Positions 8,251-17,879 of a stretch of 32,000 nt of DNA are shown one piece after another. Position 1 is the stretch's first letter; each line of letters opens with the position of its first letter. The notes under the pieces were generated by a model. That model ran no database searches and had not been told where the DNA came from. It saw nothing but the letters and a program-made list of their open reading frames with translations. The translations under genes and the position numbers were made by a program. Origin of the DNA: Pyrobaculum aerophilum str. IM2 (GTDB lineage: Archaea > Thermoproteota > Thermoprotei > Thermoproteales > Thermoproteaceae); the NCBI RefSeq assembly GCF_000007225.1, contig NC_003364.1, positions 810,001 to 842,000 on the forward strand. Direction: 5' to 3'.

Positions 8251-9429
8251 TTATTGGCTCAGGCTAAGTATTGTCACAAAGGCGTAGTGCCCCGTTCCGC
8301 CGATATTGTGGGCAAGCGCCATGCCCCTCTTTATCGGCGCTTGGCGGCCCCTTTCCACTTGCCCCCTTAGTTGTCTCGTAAGCTCTGCAATCATCGAAAC
8401 CCCAGTGGCTCCAATTGGATGCCCCTTGGCCTTAAGCCCTCCGTCGACGTTTACAGGTATTAAGCCGCCGATATACGTCTGCCCCTCTCTAATAAGCTTA
8501 TAGCCCTCTCCCCTTTTGGCAAATCCCAAGTCCTCATACGCCATAATTTCGGCTATTGTAAAACAGTCGTGTACCTCCGCAACGTCTAAGTATTTAACTG
8601 GGTTTTGGGGATCAATGCCGGCTTTTTTATACGCCATTTGAGCGGCCGTTTGAGCCGCCTCCAGGCCGATGAAGTCCGGCCTTTTACTGAGATTCGCAGT
8701 GCCGTTTGCATAACCTATGGCTTTTATCCAAACGGGGGTGTCCGTGAGTTTTTTCGCCACGTCTTCACTGGCTAAAATCACTGCAGAGGCCCCGTCTGTA
8801 ATTGGACTGCTGTCGTAAAGCTTCAAGGGCCAAGCCACATATCTAGAGCTGAGACACTCCTCTACTGTAATAGCCCTCTGGAACTGGGCCTTAGGGTTCA
8901 GCGAGCCGTAATAGTGATTCTTCACAGCCACTTTACAGAGATCCTCCTCAGTGGCGCCGTATTTATTCATATAAGCTGTTGCATAAAGCGCATAGTAGCC
9001 TGGAAAAGTCAAGCCGAAGTTTTCAAACTCCCAGAAGTAATTCCCAGCCCTTCCAATAAACTCCACCACCGTGGGAGTCGGCGATTCGTTCATTTTCTCC
9101 ACGCCGATAGCCATTACTACATCCGCCTCTCCGCTGGCCACCATATGATACGCCGTCCTCACCGCCGCGGACCCCGTGGCGCAAGCCGCCTCTACCCTAA
9201 TTCCACTTTTAGGAACCAAGCCGCAGTACTCCCCTACTACAACCGCGGGGAGGGCCTCTGAGGACCAACCGCCGACATTGCCCACTACAAAAGCCTGGAT
9301 GTCCTCAGTGCCGATGCGGGCGTCGTCAAGAGCCTCTTTCACAGCCTCCCACGCCAGTTCTGGAAGAGAGACGTCAGATCTATTGCCGAATTTACTTGTC
9401 CCAACCCCCACTACAGCTACTTTTCTCAT
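8251..9429 (-). CDS. SCP-x-type thiolase (acetyl-CoA C-acyltransferase)
   Basis: 392 aa. Active-site region VEAACATGSAAV, plus HDCF and GGLKAKGHPIGATG near the C-terminus. Confidence 0.9.
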   Translation of the reverse strand: MRKVAVVGVGTSKFGNRSDVSLPELAWEAVKEALDDARIGTEDIQAFVVGNVGGWSSEALPAVVVGEYCGLVPKSGIRVEAACATGSAAVRTAYHMVASGEADVVMAIGVEKMNESPTPTVVEFIGRAGNYFWEFENFGLTFPGYYALYATAYMNKYGATEEDLCKVAVKNHYYGSLNPKAQFQRAITVEECLSSRYVAWPLKLYDSSPITDGASAVILASEDVAKKLTDTPVWIKAIGYANGTANLSKRPDFIGLEAAQTAAQMAYKKAGIDPQNPVKYLDVAEVHDCFTIAEIMAYEDLGFAKRGEGYKLIREGQTYIGGLIPVNVDGGLKAKGHPIGATGVSMIAELTRQLRGQVERGRQAPIKRGMALAHNIGGTGHYAFVTILSLSQ

Positions 9430-9482
9430 GTAAAGAAAGTTGTAAAAATATTTTTATTGATTGTTTTAGACTTTTTATAAAA

Positions 9483-10715
9483 TCAAGTTACTAACCTGGC
9501 TATTTCATCTGGAATCTGGCCTTTCTCTTTTAGCAATCTAATTAACTGGCGGTAAGCGACTAACTTCTGGATGTTGTTAGCCCCCTCGTAAATCTGCGTT
9601 ATTTTCACGCTTCTTAAAAACCTCTCAACGCCTGTCTCTCTTATGACGCCTACGCCGCCGTGTAAGTTAATGGCCTCAGATATCACTTCCTCAGCCACCT
9701 CAGTGGCGTAGAACTTAGCCAGCGACGCGACAAAGGTGAACTCCCTCCTGTCCTCATCGGCTAATTTGGCGGCCAAGTAAGTGAGCAATCTGGCCGTGAA
9801 GATTTTCGCCATCATCTCCACAAGGCTGAACTGTATGGCTTGGAAGTAGGCAATAGGCACTCCAAACGCTTGCCTCTGGTGGACGTACTGAAACGCCTTC
9901 TCAAAAGCCGCTTGTGCCATGCCAACGGCCTGCGCCGCAACGCCTATCCTCGTGCGGTCAAAGGTCTCCATGGCGTATAAGAAGCCCATGCCCTCTTCGC
10001 CCACTCTATTCTCATCCGGCACCTCCACGTTTTCAAGCACTAGTTCACACGCGTGGTTGCCGTAGAGACCCATTTTGTGATAACACTGCTCAACTTTAAA
10101 TCCAGGGGTGTCTTTTTCCACAATGAAGAAAGTGAGGCCAAGATATCTCACTTTTTTATCTGGAGGCGGATACGTACGCGCCAGCACGATAAAGAAATCT
10201 GCCACATCGGAGCTGCTGATAAACGCCTTTCTCCCGTTTATCACCCACTTATCCCCCTTCTTCTCGGCCTTTGTTTGAATCCCAGCCACGTCTGAGCCAC
10301 AACAAGGCTCTGTCACGGCAAATGCGCCGAATTTCTCGCCGCGGGCAATAGGCGGGACGTATTTCTGCCTCTGCTCCTCAGTGCCGAATAACATTATAGG
10401 CGTGAGGAAGAGCTCATTAGTGCCGAAGTAAACGCTTAATCCCGGCAGAACTCTACAGAACTCCTCTGATAGAATTGCGGCCATTCTATGGTCGCCCCCC
10501 TGGCCTCCGTATTTCTCAGGAATGCCTATGCCGAAAAAGCCGTTTTCCGCGATTTTCTTTAAAATGTCCCTAGGCACTTCATCAGTCTCCTCTATTTCCA
10601 TCGCCCTAGGCGCTATCTCCCTCTCCACAAACTCCCTGACCGCTTTTCGGAACATCTCGTGCTCGCGCGTCAGCACTATTGAGTAGTCCTCCACCGTGTC
10701 AAAAGGGAACACCAT
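9483..10715 (-). CDS. Acyl-CoA dehydrogenase
   Basis: 410 aa. [11 protein letters not shown], the FAD/substrate region, and C-terminal [12 protein letters not shown]. The minus-strand TATA (plus-strand GATATTTAAGC at 10734-10744) is about 24 nt upstream of the ATG. Confidence 0.9.
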   Translation of the reverse strand: MVFPFDTVEDYSIVLTREHEMFRKAVREFVEREIAPRAMEIEETDEVPRDILKKIAENGFFGIGIPEKYGGQGGDHRMAAILSEEFCRVLPGLSVYFGTNELFLTPIMLFGTEEQRQKYVPPIARGEKFGAFAVTEPCCGSDVAGIQTKAEKKGDKWVINGRKAFISSSDVADFFIVLARTYPPPDKKVRYLGLTFFIVEKDTPGFKVEQCYHKMGLYGNHACELVLENVEVPDENRVGEEGMGFLYAMETFDRTRIGVAAQAVGMAQAAFEKAFQYVHQRQAFGVPIAYFQAIQFSLVEMMAKIFTARLLTYLAAKLADEDRREFTFVASLAKFYATEVAEEVISEAINLHGGVGVIRETGVERFLRSVKITQIYEGANNIQKLVAYRQLIRLLKEKGQIPDEIARLVT

Positions 10716-10765
10716 AGCCAGCTCATCTGCCTTGATATTTAAGCATTCTTCGCCAAAAAGGGTAA

Positions 10766-10787
10766 AACGTAGTATGCCTTAACGTAG
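10766..10787. promoter_or_regulatory. Direct repeat AACGTAG-N8-AACGTAG between the divergent acyl-CoA gene promoters (candidate operator)
   Basis: Exact 7-mers at 10766-10772 and 10781-10787. The second abuts the BRE side of the TATA box (10791-10801) of the acyl-CoA synthetase gene. Confidence 0.3.
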
Positions 10788-10819
10788 GAAATTTTTTAAA
10801 CAAATACCTCTGTGTGTAT

Positions 10820-12553
10820 ATGTCAGTCCAGATCTTCGAGAAATATATCAAAAACAGAGTGTGGACGAAGAATTACGACGAGAGCGTCCCGCCTGAGGTT
10901 GAAATAAGGCCGTCGCCTCTTTTTTCTTATTTAGACCGACAGGCTGGGGAAAACGCCGGGCGCACGGCGTATATATATTTTGGCAATAAAATACCGTACA
11001 AGGCGGTGGGCGAGCACAGCGATAGAATCGCCGCGGCGCTTAGAGAGTGGGGAATAGGCAAGGGCGACGTTGTGGCTTTATACATGCCCAACACGCCCGC
11101 CTTTCCAGTGATATATTACGGGGCCTTGAAACTTGGGGCTGTTGTAACGCCAATGAACCCCCTGTATACTCCTCGGGAGGTTGCGTGGCAGGCTAAAGAC
11201 GCAAATGCCCGCGTTATATTTGTCGCAGATGTTCTCTATAAAAATATAGAAGAAGCCGCTAAGATGTATCAATTTGACAGAATTGTAGTAGTAGAACTAG
11301 TAGAATATATGCCGGCGCTGATTAAGCCGCTGGCTAAAAGGCGGATTAAGCCGCCAAAAGTGGCGTACTCCGGTCGCGTAATTCCCTACAAATCGCTATT
11401 AAGCTACAGCCCCACCTCATACCGCGCGAGCATAAACCCATCGGAAGATTTAGCCGCGTTGATGTATACAGGGGGCACCACCGGGCTTCCCAAAGGCGCT
11501 GAGATCACCCACGGCAACATCTCGGCGAATTTACAACAATTAAAGCCTCTGTACGACGTGGTGAAAAAGAAAAGGGGGCTCGATTCTTTAGTAATGATGG
11601 GGCTTTTGCCGTGGTATCACATATACGGCCAAGTCACTGTGATGCACTACGGCATATTTGACGGGGCAACAGTGGTGGTGATGCCGCGCCCCGACATAGA
11701 ACAATTAATGAAGTGGGTCCAGAAGTACAACGTGCAAGTCCTCCACGGCGTGCCAACATTGTACAACATGATTATTAACCACCCCCGGGCCGGCCAGTTC
11801 AATCTAAAAAGCCTCGCCTTCTGTATATCAGGCGCCGCGCCCCTCCCAGTGGAAGTGGCCAGGAAATTTGAACAGCTGACGGGGGCTTTGCTGAGAGAGG
11901 GGTACGGCCTCACTGAAACAGCTGTAGTGACGCACGTGAACCCCCTATACGGCAAAGTAAAGCCCGGCTCCATAGGCCTCCCCATCCCCTCCACATACGC
12001 GGCTATAGCTGACCCAGCGAAACCGGAGCTACTACCGCCTAATCAAGTGGGGGAAATAGTCATCTCCGGCCCCCAAGTTTTCAAAGGCTACCACAACCGC
12101 CCCGAGGAAAACGCCCAGGCCTTTTTTGAGTGTTGCGGTTTGAGGTGGTTTAGGACTGGGGACATGGGCTACATGGACGAAGAGGGCTATTTCTACGTCG
12201 TTGACAGGAAGAAGGATTTGATTAAATATAAGGGCTACTCCGTATTCAGCAGGGAGATTGAAGAGGTGTTGTACCAACATCCCTGTGTAAAAGAGGCTGC
12301 GGTAATAGGCGTGCCCCACCCAGAGGCCGGGGAAATCCCCAAGGCTTTTATAGTATTGAGAGATGAGTGTAAAGGTAAGGTGAGGCCTGAGGATATCATC
12401 AAATGGACTGAGGACAAGCTGGCGCACTACAAGAGGCCTAGAGCTGTGGAGTTTAGAGAGGAGCTTCCCAAATCCGCAGTTGGCAAAATCTTAAAGCGCG
12501 AGCTCAAGGCGGAGGAGTTGAGAAAGCTACAAGAGGCGGCGCAAAAAACTTAA
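10820..12553 (+). CDS. AMP-forming acyl-CoA synthetase (medium/long-chain fatty acid-CoA ligase)
   Basis: AMP-binding motifs MYTGGTTGLPKGAEITH, GYGLTET and FRTGDMGYMDEEGYFYVVDRKKDLIKYKG. The ORF opens at GTG 10814, but ATG 10820 sits 24 nt from the TATA centre, so it is preferred. Confidence 0.9.
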   Translation: MSVQIFEKYIKNRVWTKNYDESVPPEVEIRPSPLFSYLDRQAGENAGRTAYIYFGNKIPYKAVGEHSDRIAAALREWGIGKGDVVALYMPNTPAFPVIYYGALKLGAVVTPMNPLYTPREVAWQAKDANARVIFVADVLYKNIEEAAKMYQFDRIVVVELVEYMPALIKPLAKRRIKPPKVAYSGRVIPYKSLLSYSPTSYRASINPSEDLAALMYTGGTTGLPKGAEITHGNISANLQQLKPLYDVVKKKRGLDSLVMMGLLPWYHIYGQVTVMHYGIFDGATVVVMPRPDIEQLMKWVQKYNVQVLHGVPTLYNMIINHPRAGQFNLKSLAFCISGAAPLPVEVARKFEQLTGALLREGYGLTETAVVTHVNPLYGKVKPGSIGLPIPSTYAAIADPAKPELLPPNQVGEIVISGPQVFKGYHNRPEENAQAFFECCGLRWFRTGDMGYMDEEGYFYVVDRKKDLIKYKGYSVFSREIEEVLYQHPCVKEAAVIGVPHPEAGEIPKAFIVLRDECKGKVRPEDIIKWTEDKLAHYKRPRAVEFREELPKSAVGKILKRELKAEELRKLQEAAQKT

Positions 12554-12575
12554 TTTTAAATATCGCGCCTGCGGC

Positions 12576-13520
12576 ATGAAAATCGGAAGCCTTGAAGTGG
12601 GTAAAATAGGGCTTGGCGCTTGGCAGGCAGGGGGAGGCGCGTGGAGAGTGGATTTCGCAGAGCTTAAACGGGCTTATGAATACGCGCTTGACCACGGCAT
12701 TAAATTCATAGACACGGCCGAGGTTTACGGCAGTGGGAAGAGCGAAGAGTTCGTCGCAGAATTAATACGCAACAGGCCTCACGTCGTAGTTGCGACAAAA
12801 GTGGCGGGGTCTAACTGGGGGCGCATTCTTAAAAGCGCAGAGAGAAGCCGCCGCAGAATCGGCAGAGTGGATTTATTGCAATTTCACTGGCCGCCCCCCA
12901 TTTACGTGCCTCTCTGTAAAGTTATACGCGATTTAGAAAAGGCGGCGCAGTTGGGCCTAACGGCGGAAATTGGAGTGAGCAATTTCGACGCGAGGCTTAT
13001 GGAAAAGGCCTTGACATGTACGAAAAAGTACGAAATTGTGTCTGACCAAGTGGTCTACAATCCGTTGCATAGAGCCGCCGAGCGGCTAATTGAAATGGGG
13101 AGGGCTAGGGGTTTTGTTGTGATTGCGTGGAGCCCTCTGGCAAAAGGGGCTGTACTGAAGGAGAATTTAGGCAACGACCCGGCGAGGAGATTCGACTCCG
13201 TAGTCAACAGGGCCAAGACGGCGGAGGGCAGGAGAGTGGCGGAGACCATAAGGAAAATCGCCGAAACAAGGGGGGTGAGCCCTGCGGCTGTGGTGCTCGC
13301 GTGGCACGCGGCGAAGGGATCCTTCCCAATCCCCGGCGTGAAGACCTTAAAGCAAGCACAGGAGGTGTTGGAGGCCAACGCCCTCCAGCTTTCAGAGGCT
13401 GAGGTGAGGGCTATTGACAAGGCATCTGCGCCGTTTATCACCGGAACTGTCTGGCCCTCTGCGATGAGGTATATCCCGGGGTTTTTATTAAAACTTAGTT
13501 TTACACTGGCCCGGATATAA
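12576..13520 (+). CDS. Aldo/keto reductase
   Basis: 314 aa. GLGAWQAGG, FIDTAEVYGSGKSEE, and a typical AKR (alpha/beta)8 pattern ending in a PIPG motif. Confidence 0.85.
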   Translation: MKIGSLEVGKIGLGAWQAGGGAWRVDFAELKRAYEYALDHGIKFIDTAEVYGSGKSEEFVAELIRNRPHVVVATKVAGSNWGRILKSAERSRRRIGRVDLLQFHWPPPIYVPLCKVIRDLEKAAQLGLTAEIGVSNFDARLMEKALTCTKKYEIVSDQVVYNPLHRAAERLIEMGRARGFVVIAWSPLAKGAVLKENLGNDPARRFDSVVNRAKTAEGRRVAETIRKIAETRGVSPAAVVLAWHAAKGSFPIPGVKTLKQAQEVLEANALQLSEAEVRAIDKASAPFITGTVWPSAMRYIPGFLLKLSFTLARI

Positions 13521-13544
13521 CCTTCAACTATAGACGTATATACT

Positions 13545-13554
13545 CTTTAAATAT
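13545..13554 (+). promoter_or_regulatory. TATA-like box (CTTTAAATAT) for the dehydrogenase/hydratase gene
   Basis: Centred 25 nt upstream of ATG 13575. Confidence 0.45.
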
Positions 13555-13574
13555 GCCCTTTTTCCATTCATAAT

Positions 13575-15563
13575 ATGCCTAAAGTGGCAGTAATAGGCGC
13601 GGGCACAATGGGCCACGGCATTGCCGAGCTCTTTGCCATAGCCGGGTACGAGGTAGCCCTTGTCGACGTGGCGGAGGATTTCTTAAAGAGAGCTTTGCAA
13701 AACATTGAGTGGTCGCTTAAAAAACTCGCAGAGAAGGGGCAGATAAAGGAAGATGTTGGCGTTATTCTCGGGAGGATTAAGCCCATAGTTAATGACGTGT
13801 GTAAGGCCGTTGAGGGGGCCGAGCTTATGGTTGAGGCTGTGGTCGAGGATATTGAAATTAAGAGGAAGGTCTTTGCAGAGGCTGACCGCTGCGCTCCTCC
13901 CAGCGCTATTTTGGCCACGAATACCTCCTCTTTGCCAATTACGGAGATAGCTGAGGCCGTGAAGCCCGAGAGGAGGCCGCTGGTGGTGGGGATGCACTTT
14001 TTCAACCCGCCTGTATTAATGCCGCTGGTAGAGATAATAAAAGGCGCTTACACTAGCGACGAGACTGTCAAAAAAACGGCGGAGTACGCCTCAAAGCTGG
14101 GGAAGCAGACAGTAGTTGTGAATAAAGACGTCCCGGGCTTTATTGTAAATAGAATACTCGCCAGATTAAACGAGGCGGCTTGTTGGATGGTGGCTAGGGG
14201 GGAGGCAACTATCCAAGAGGTGGACTCTGCGTTAATATATAAGGCAGGTCTGCCGATGGGCGCCTTTATATTAATGGACTACACGGGCATAGACGTCGTC
14301 TGCTTTATAGGAGACGCCATGGTTAAGAGGGGGTTTAAGACCCACCCATGCCCCGTAATAGCTGAGAAGTGCAAGGAGAAGAAATACGGCGTTAAGAGCG
14401 GAGAGGGCTTTTACAAATACCCAGCGCCTGGTAAATTCCAGTGGCCCGAGGTGCCCAAGGCGGCTGGGGACAAGGTAGACGTCACATACCTACTCGCTCC
14501 CGCGATAAACGAGGCTGCGTATCTATTACGTGAGAGTATTGCCAGCAGAGAAGATATTGACAAAGCGATCAGATTAGGCCTTAACTGGCCAAAAGGGCCA
14601 TTGGAATACGCAGATGAATTAGGCATAGACACAGTGGTGAAGGCGCTGGAGGAGTGGAAGAATAAGACTGGATTTGAGGAGTACGAGCCAGATCCCCTCT
14701 TGAGGGACATGGCGGCTAAAGGGAAATTGGGTAAGAAAAGCGGCGAGGGCTTTTATACATATGTCAAGGCTGAGGAGAAAAAGCTCGAGACTTTAATTGT
14801 GCGCTACGAGCCTGGCATTGCCTGGATTATTCTCAACAGACCCGAGAGGCTCAACGCCATAAACCCGAAAATGATAGAAGAGCTGTGGAAAGTCCTCGAT
14901 GAAATTGAGCAAATGGATTACGACAAAGTGAGAGTAGTAGTAATTACGGGATCTGGCAGGGCATTCTCAGCTGGGGCGGACGTCACGGGGTTTATGGGCG
15001 CCACTCCGGTGACGATATTTAAAGTGTCTAGGAAATTACAAATGCTGTATGAGCGGCTGGAGTTACTGGACAGGCCTGTGATATGCGGCCTCAACGGCTA
15101 CACCCTCGGAGGCGGCTTGGAGCTGGCCATGGCCTGCGACTTCAGAATCGCGGCAGAGACGGCGGAACTAGGACAGCCCGAAATAAACCTCGGCTTTATA
15201 CCCGGGGCCGGAGGCACGCAGAGATTGGCTAGGCTAATAGGCAGAGACAAGGCGAAGGAGCTCATCTTTACCGGAGATAGAATACCGGCTAGAGAGGCCG
15301 AGAGGCTCGGCTTAGTACACAAGGTAGTTCCGCCGGATAGACTTGAGCAAGAGCTCAGGGCTTTTGCTAACAAACTGGCGGAAAAGCCGCCATTGGCGCT
15401 GGCCATGGCAAAATACGCCATAAACTTCGGCTTAGAGGCGCCGCAGTGGGTGGGCATGATGTTAGAGGCCTCCAACTTCGGGCTACTCTTCAGCACAGAG
15501 GACGTAATTGAGGGCGTCTCCGCCTTCTTGCAGAAAAGGAAGCCCCAGTTCAAGGGCAAATAG
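13575..15563 (+). CDS. Bifunctional 3-hydroxyacyl-CoA dehydrogenase (N-terminal) / enoyl-CoA hydratase (C-terminal)
   Basis: 662 aa. Rossmann motif VAVIGAGTMGHGIA with the HFFNPP region at the N-terminus. Crotonase fold at the C-terminus (ITGSGRAFSAGADV, GYTLGGGLELAMACDFR). The domain order is the reverse of bacterial FadB. Confidence 0.9.
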   Translation: MPKVAVIGAGTMGHGIAELFAIAGYEVALVDVAEDFLKRALQNIEWSLKKLAEKGQIKEDVGVILGRIKPIVNDVCKAVEGAELMVEAVVEDIEIKRKVFAEADRCAPPSAILATNTSSLPITEIAEAVKPERRPLVVGMHFFNPPVLMPLVEIIKGAYTSDETVKKTAEYASKLGKQTVVVNKDVPGFIVNRILARLNEAACWMVARGEATIQEVDSALIYKAGLPMGAFILMDYTGIDVVCFIGDAMVKRGFKTHPCPVIAEKCKEKKYGVKSGEGFYKYPAPGKFQWPEVPKAAGDKVDVTYLLAPAINEAAYLLRESIASREDIDKAIRLGLNWPKGPLEYADELGIDTVVKALEEWKNKTGFEEYEPDPLLRDMAAKGKLGKKSGEGFYTYVKAEEKKLETLIVRYEPGIAWIILNRPERLNAINPKMIEELWKVLDEIEQMDYDKVRVVVITGSGRAFSAGADVTGFMGATPVTIFKVSRKLQMLYERLELLDRPVICGLNGYTLGGGLELAMACDFRIAAETAELGQPEINLGFIPGAGGTQRLARLIGRDKAKELIFTGDRIPAREAERLGLVHKVVPPDRLEQELRAFANKLAEKPPLALAMAKYAINFGLEAPQWVGMMLEASNFGLLFSTEDVIEGVSAFLQKRKPQFKGK

Positions 15564-15594
15564 ATTTTTTAAAAAACTCTTAAAACTCCCCCCT

Positions 15595-16683
15595 ATGGAC
15601 GACTTTGTACAACTTTTAAAAAAACTCTCAGAGGCGAGGGGCCCGTCCGGCTTTGAAGACGAGGTGAGAGAGGTTGTCATAAAGGAGATGGAGCCCTATG
15701 TTGACGAGGTGGTTGTGGACAGGTGGGGAAATGTCATCGGCGTTAAGAAGGGCGCCTCTAATTACAGGGCTATGGTCGCTGCGCATATTGACGAGATTGG
15801 CCTAATAATTGACCACATTGAGAAAGAGGGATTTCTCAGGTTTAGGCCAATAGGGGGGTGGAACGAAATTACTTTAGTCGGGCAGAGGGTTTGGGTGAGG
15901 GCATCCGACGGCAGGTGGATCAGAGGCGTGATTGGCTCAACGCCGCCTCACGTAACCCCCTCTGGTAAGGAGAGGGAGGCCCCCGAGATAAAAGACATGT
16001 TTATTGACATAGGCGCCTCTAGTAAAGAGGAGGCTGAAAAAATCGGCGTTGTGATAGGTTCTATTGCTGTTTTAGACCGAGAGTTCGCCGTATTAAACGG
16101 CAAAGTCGTGACGGGAAAGGCCTTTGACGACAGAGTGGGAGTAGCCGTAATGTTATACACGCTAAGACAGCTAAGGGACTTGCCCGTGACTCTCTACGCC
16201 GTCGCCACTGTACAAGAAGAGGTGGGGCTGAGGGGGGCGCAGATAGCCGCTGAGAAAATCAACCCGCATTACGCCATAGCTTTAGATACCACTATTGCCG
16301 CAGACGTCCCCGGGGTGGGGGAGCGTTTGCATATTACTAAAATCGGCAAAGGTCCGGCCATAAAGGTATTAGACGGGGGGCGCGGCGGCCTTTTTATAGC
16401 CCACCCAGGCCTCAGAGATCACATTGTAAAATTGGCGAGGGAGGCGGGAATACCCTACCAGCTTGAGGTTTTATACGGCGGCACTACTGACGCCATGGCA
16501 ATAGCGTTTCGGAGAGAGGGTATTCCCGCGGCCACAATTTCCATCCCCACACGCTATGTACACTCCCCAGTGGAAGTGCTCAACGTGGAAGACGCAGTAA
16601 ACGCATCTAGGCTTTTAAAAATAGTGCTGGAGAGAACTACGCCTGATATTGTCGATAAGTTCCTCGACAAGAAAGTTAAGTAG
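15595..16683 (+). CDS. M42-family (TET/FrvX-type) aminopeptidase
   Basis: The internal ATG 15595 of ORF 15508..16683 gives MDDFVQLLKKLSEARGPSGFEDEV, a typical M42 N-terminus. Metal-ligand regions AHIDEIG and QEEVGLRGA are present. An A/T box at 15563-15580 precedes it. The longer ORF start would overlap the upstream gene. Confidence 0.85.
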   Translation: MDDFVQLLKKLSEARGPSGFEDEVREVVIKEMEPYVDEVVVDRWGNVIGVKKGASNYRAMVAAHIDEIGLIIDHIEKEGFLRFRPIGGWNEITLVGQRVWVRASDGRWIRGVIGSTPPHVTPSGKEREAPEIKDMFIDIGASSKEEAEKIGVVIGSIAVLDREFAVLNGKVVTGKAFDDRVGVAVMLYTLRQLRDLPVTLYAVATVQEEVGLRGAQIAAEKINPHYAIALDTTIAADVPGVGERLHITKIGKGPAIKVLDGGRGGLFIAHPGLRDHIVKLAREAGIPYQLEVLYGGTTDAMAIAFRREGIPAATISIPTRYVHSPVEVLNVEDAVNASRLLKIVLERTTPDIVDKFLDKKVK

Positions 16684-17292
16684 TTAATGCCTTTTTACCT
16701 GTCCGGTGACTAAATAATAGGCGTGGTTGGCGATATAAACGGCGTGGTCCGACGCCCTTTCTAAAAGCCTCAACACCACCGTCTCCATTACTTTACACCT
16801 ATCAGCCCCTCTCAACACATCCACCAGCGAGCTCTCGTACGCTTTATCCACTACATTGTCGTCTAATTCCTCCACTTCTTTTAGACGGGAAATATCCTTA
16901 TTCAAGAACATCTCTACGGACGTGCTCACCATCCTCTTCACAACCTCTCCCACCTCCACCACTCGACGCGACCAACACCCAGAGCCCAACTTTTCCACCA
17001 CTACCGCTATGTCGTAAGCGTAGCGCGCCACTCTGTAAATGTCGTATGAGACGAAGAGAGCCCCTTTTAGAAAACGCAAGTCTGTGGCCACTGGGCTGTA
17101 TCGCGCCACTGCCTCCATAACTAAATCGGAGATCTCGTAGTGTAGCTCGTGTATTCTGGAAGAAATCTCCCTAATCGACTCAGCCTTTGGCTCCTCCGTC
17201 AAGGCCGCGGATAGGGCCTCCACGGCCATTTTAGCGCCCTCTCTTATTCTACGGGCTATTTCCTCCTCGGCGTAGTCAAGTAGCCTTCTCAC
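16684..17292 (-). CDS. phoU: PhoU-family phosphate-signalling protein
   Basis: 202 aa with two PhoU repeats (SPVATDLRFLKGALFVSYDIYRVARYAYDIA and LLERASDHAVYIANHAYYLVTG). GTG start with a minus-strand TATA (AAATTTTTAATC) about 25 nt upstream. Confidence 0.8.
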   Translation of the reverse strand: MRRLLDYAEEEIARRIREGAKMAVEALSAALTEEPKAESIREISSRIHELHYEISDLVMEAVARYSPVATDLRFLKGALFVSYDIYRVARYAYDIAVVVEKLGSGCWSRRVVEVGEVVKRMVSTSVEMFLNKDISRLKEVEELDDNVVDKAYESSLVDVLRGADRCKVMETVVLRLLERASDHAVYIANHAYYLVTGQVKRH

Positions 17293-17372
17293 GAAATCGC
17301 GTACAGTGCTGATTAAAAATTTAATTCATACGATGGCCTGCTCCAGCTCAACCGCTTTAAAAGCGCAGAATA

Positions 17373-17879
17373 TTACTTAGTTTTCGCTTTTCTTAACACC
17401 TCTTTACATTTTTCTATGAAGTAATTTAAATCGGAAACTGCTAAGTCCAGCGCAGTGTATCTGCTCAACACCGCTTCTTTATCGACGCCGTTGTATTGAA
17501 ACTCGTGGAGATTAAGGGCTAAGTCTGTGAGCGAGACTATGTCAAATTCCGCCACGCCTCTTAGCCTTATAGCCACTTCCCTTAGCCTCGTAGTGGGCAT
17601 GTAGGCCAGCACCCAGTCCACTCTAGGCACAGTTTTGCCATCTCGCGTTTTTACAACCCCTGGGAAGTGCTTGGCCAGGACATCTCTGTACATGGCGCCT
17701 ATTGCCGCCATTAAGGACTTCCAGGCTTGAAAGGCTTTTCCAGCCGCGTTTCTATAAAGCCCTTCCTCTAGAAACCTCTCAGCGAGTCTCAGCTCGGCCT
17801 CTGCCTCCTCAAGCCTAATCTCTACGTATTTACGCAGATCTCTCCAGGGGTGTACGACTAACACTGTTGAATTTGCCAC
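17373..17879 (-). CDS. PaREP1-family protein (HEPN-like helical fold)
   Basis: 168 aa. EEAEAELRLAERFLEEGLYRNAAGKAFQAWKSLMAAIG matches my recollection of the PaREP1/PaREP8 signature. The gene starts 16 nt after the livF stop with no room for its own promoter. Confidence 0.5.
   Translation of the reverse strand: MANSTVLVVHPWRDLRKYVEIRLEEAEAELRLAERFLEEGLYRNAAGKAFQAWKSLMAAIGAMYRDVLAKHFPGVVKTRDGKTVPRVDWVLAYMPTTRLREVAIRLRGVAEFDIVSLTDLALNLHEFQYNGVDKEAVLSRYTALDLAVSDLNYFIEKCKEVLRKAKTK

Noticed and set aside
15508-15594. Upstream extension of the M42 peptidase ORF overlapping the dehydrogenase/hydratase gene.
   Set aside because: The extension is basic and Ser/Pro-rich with no M42 similarity. ATG 15595 is preceded by an A/T box and gives the typical family N-terminus.
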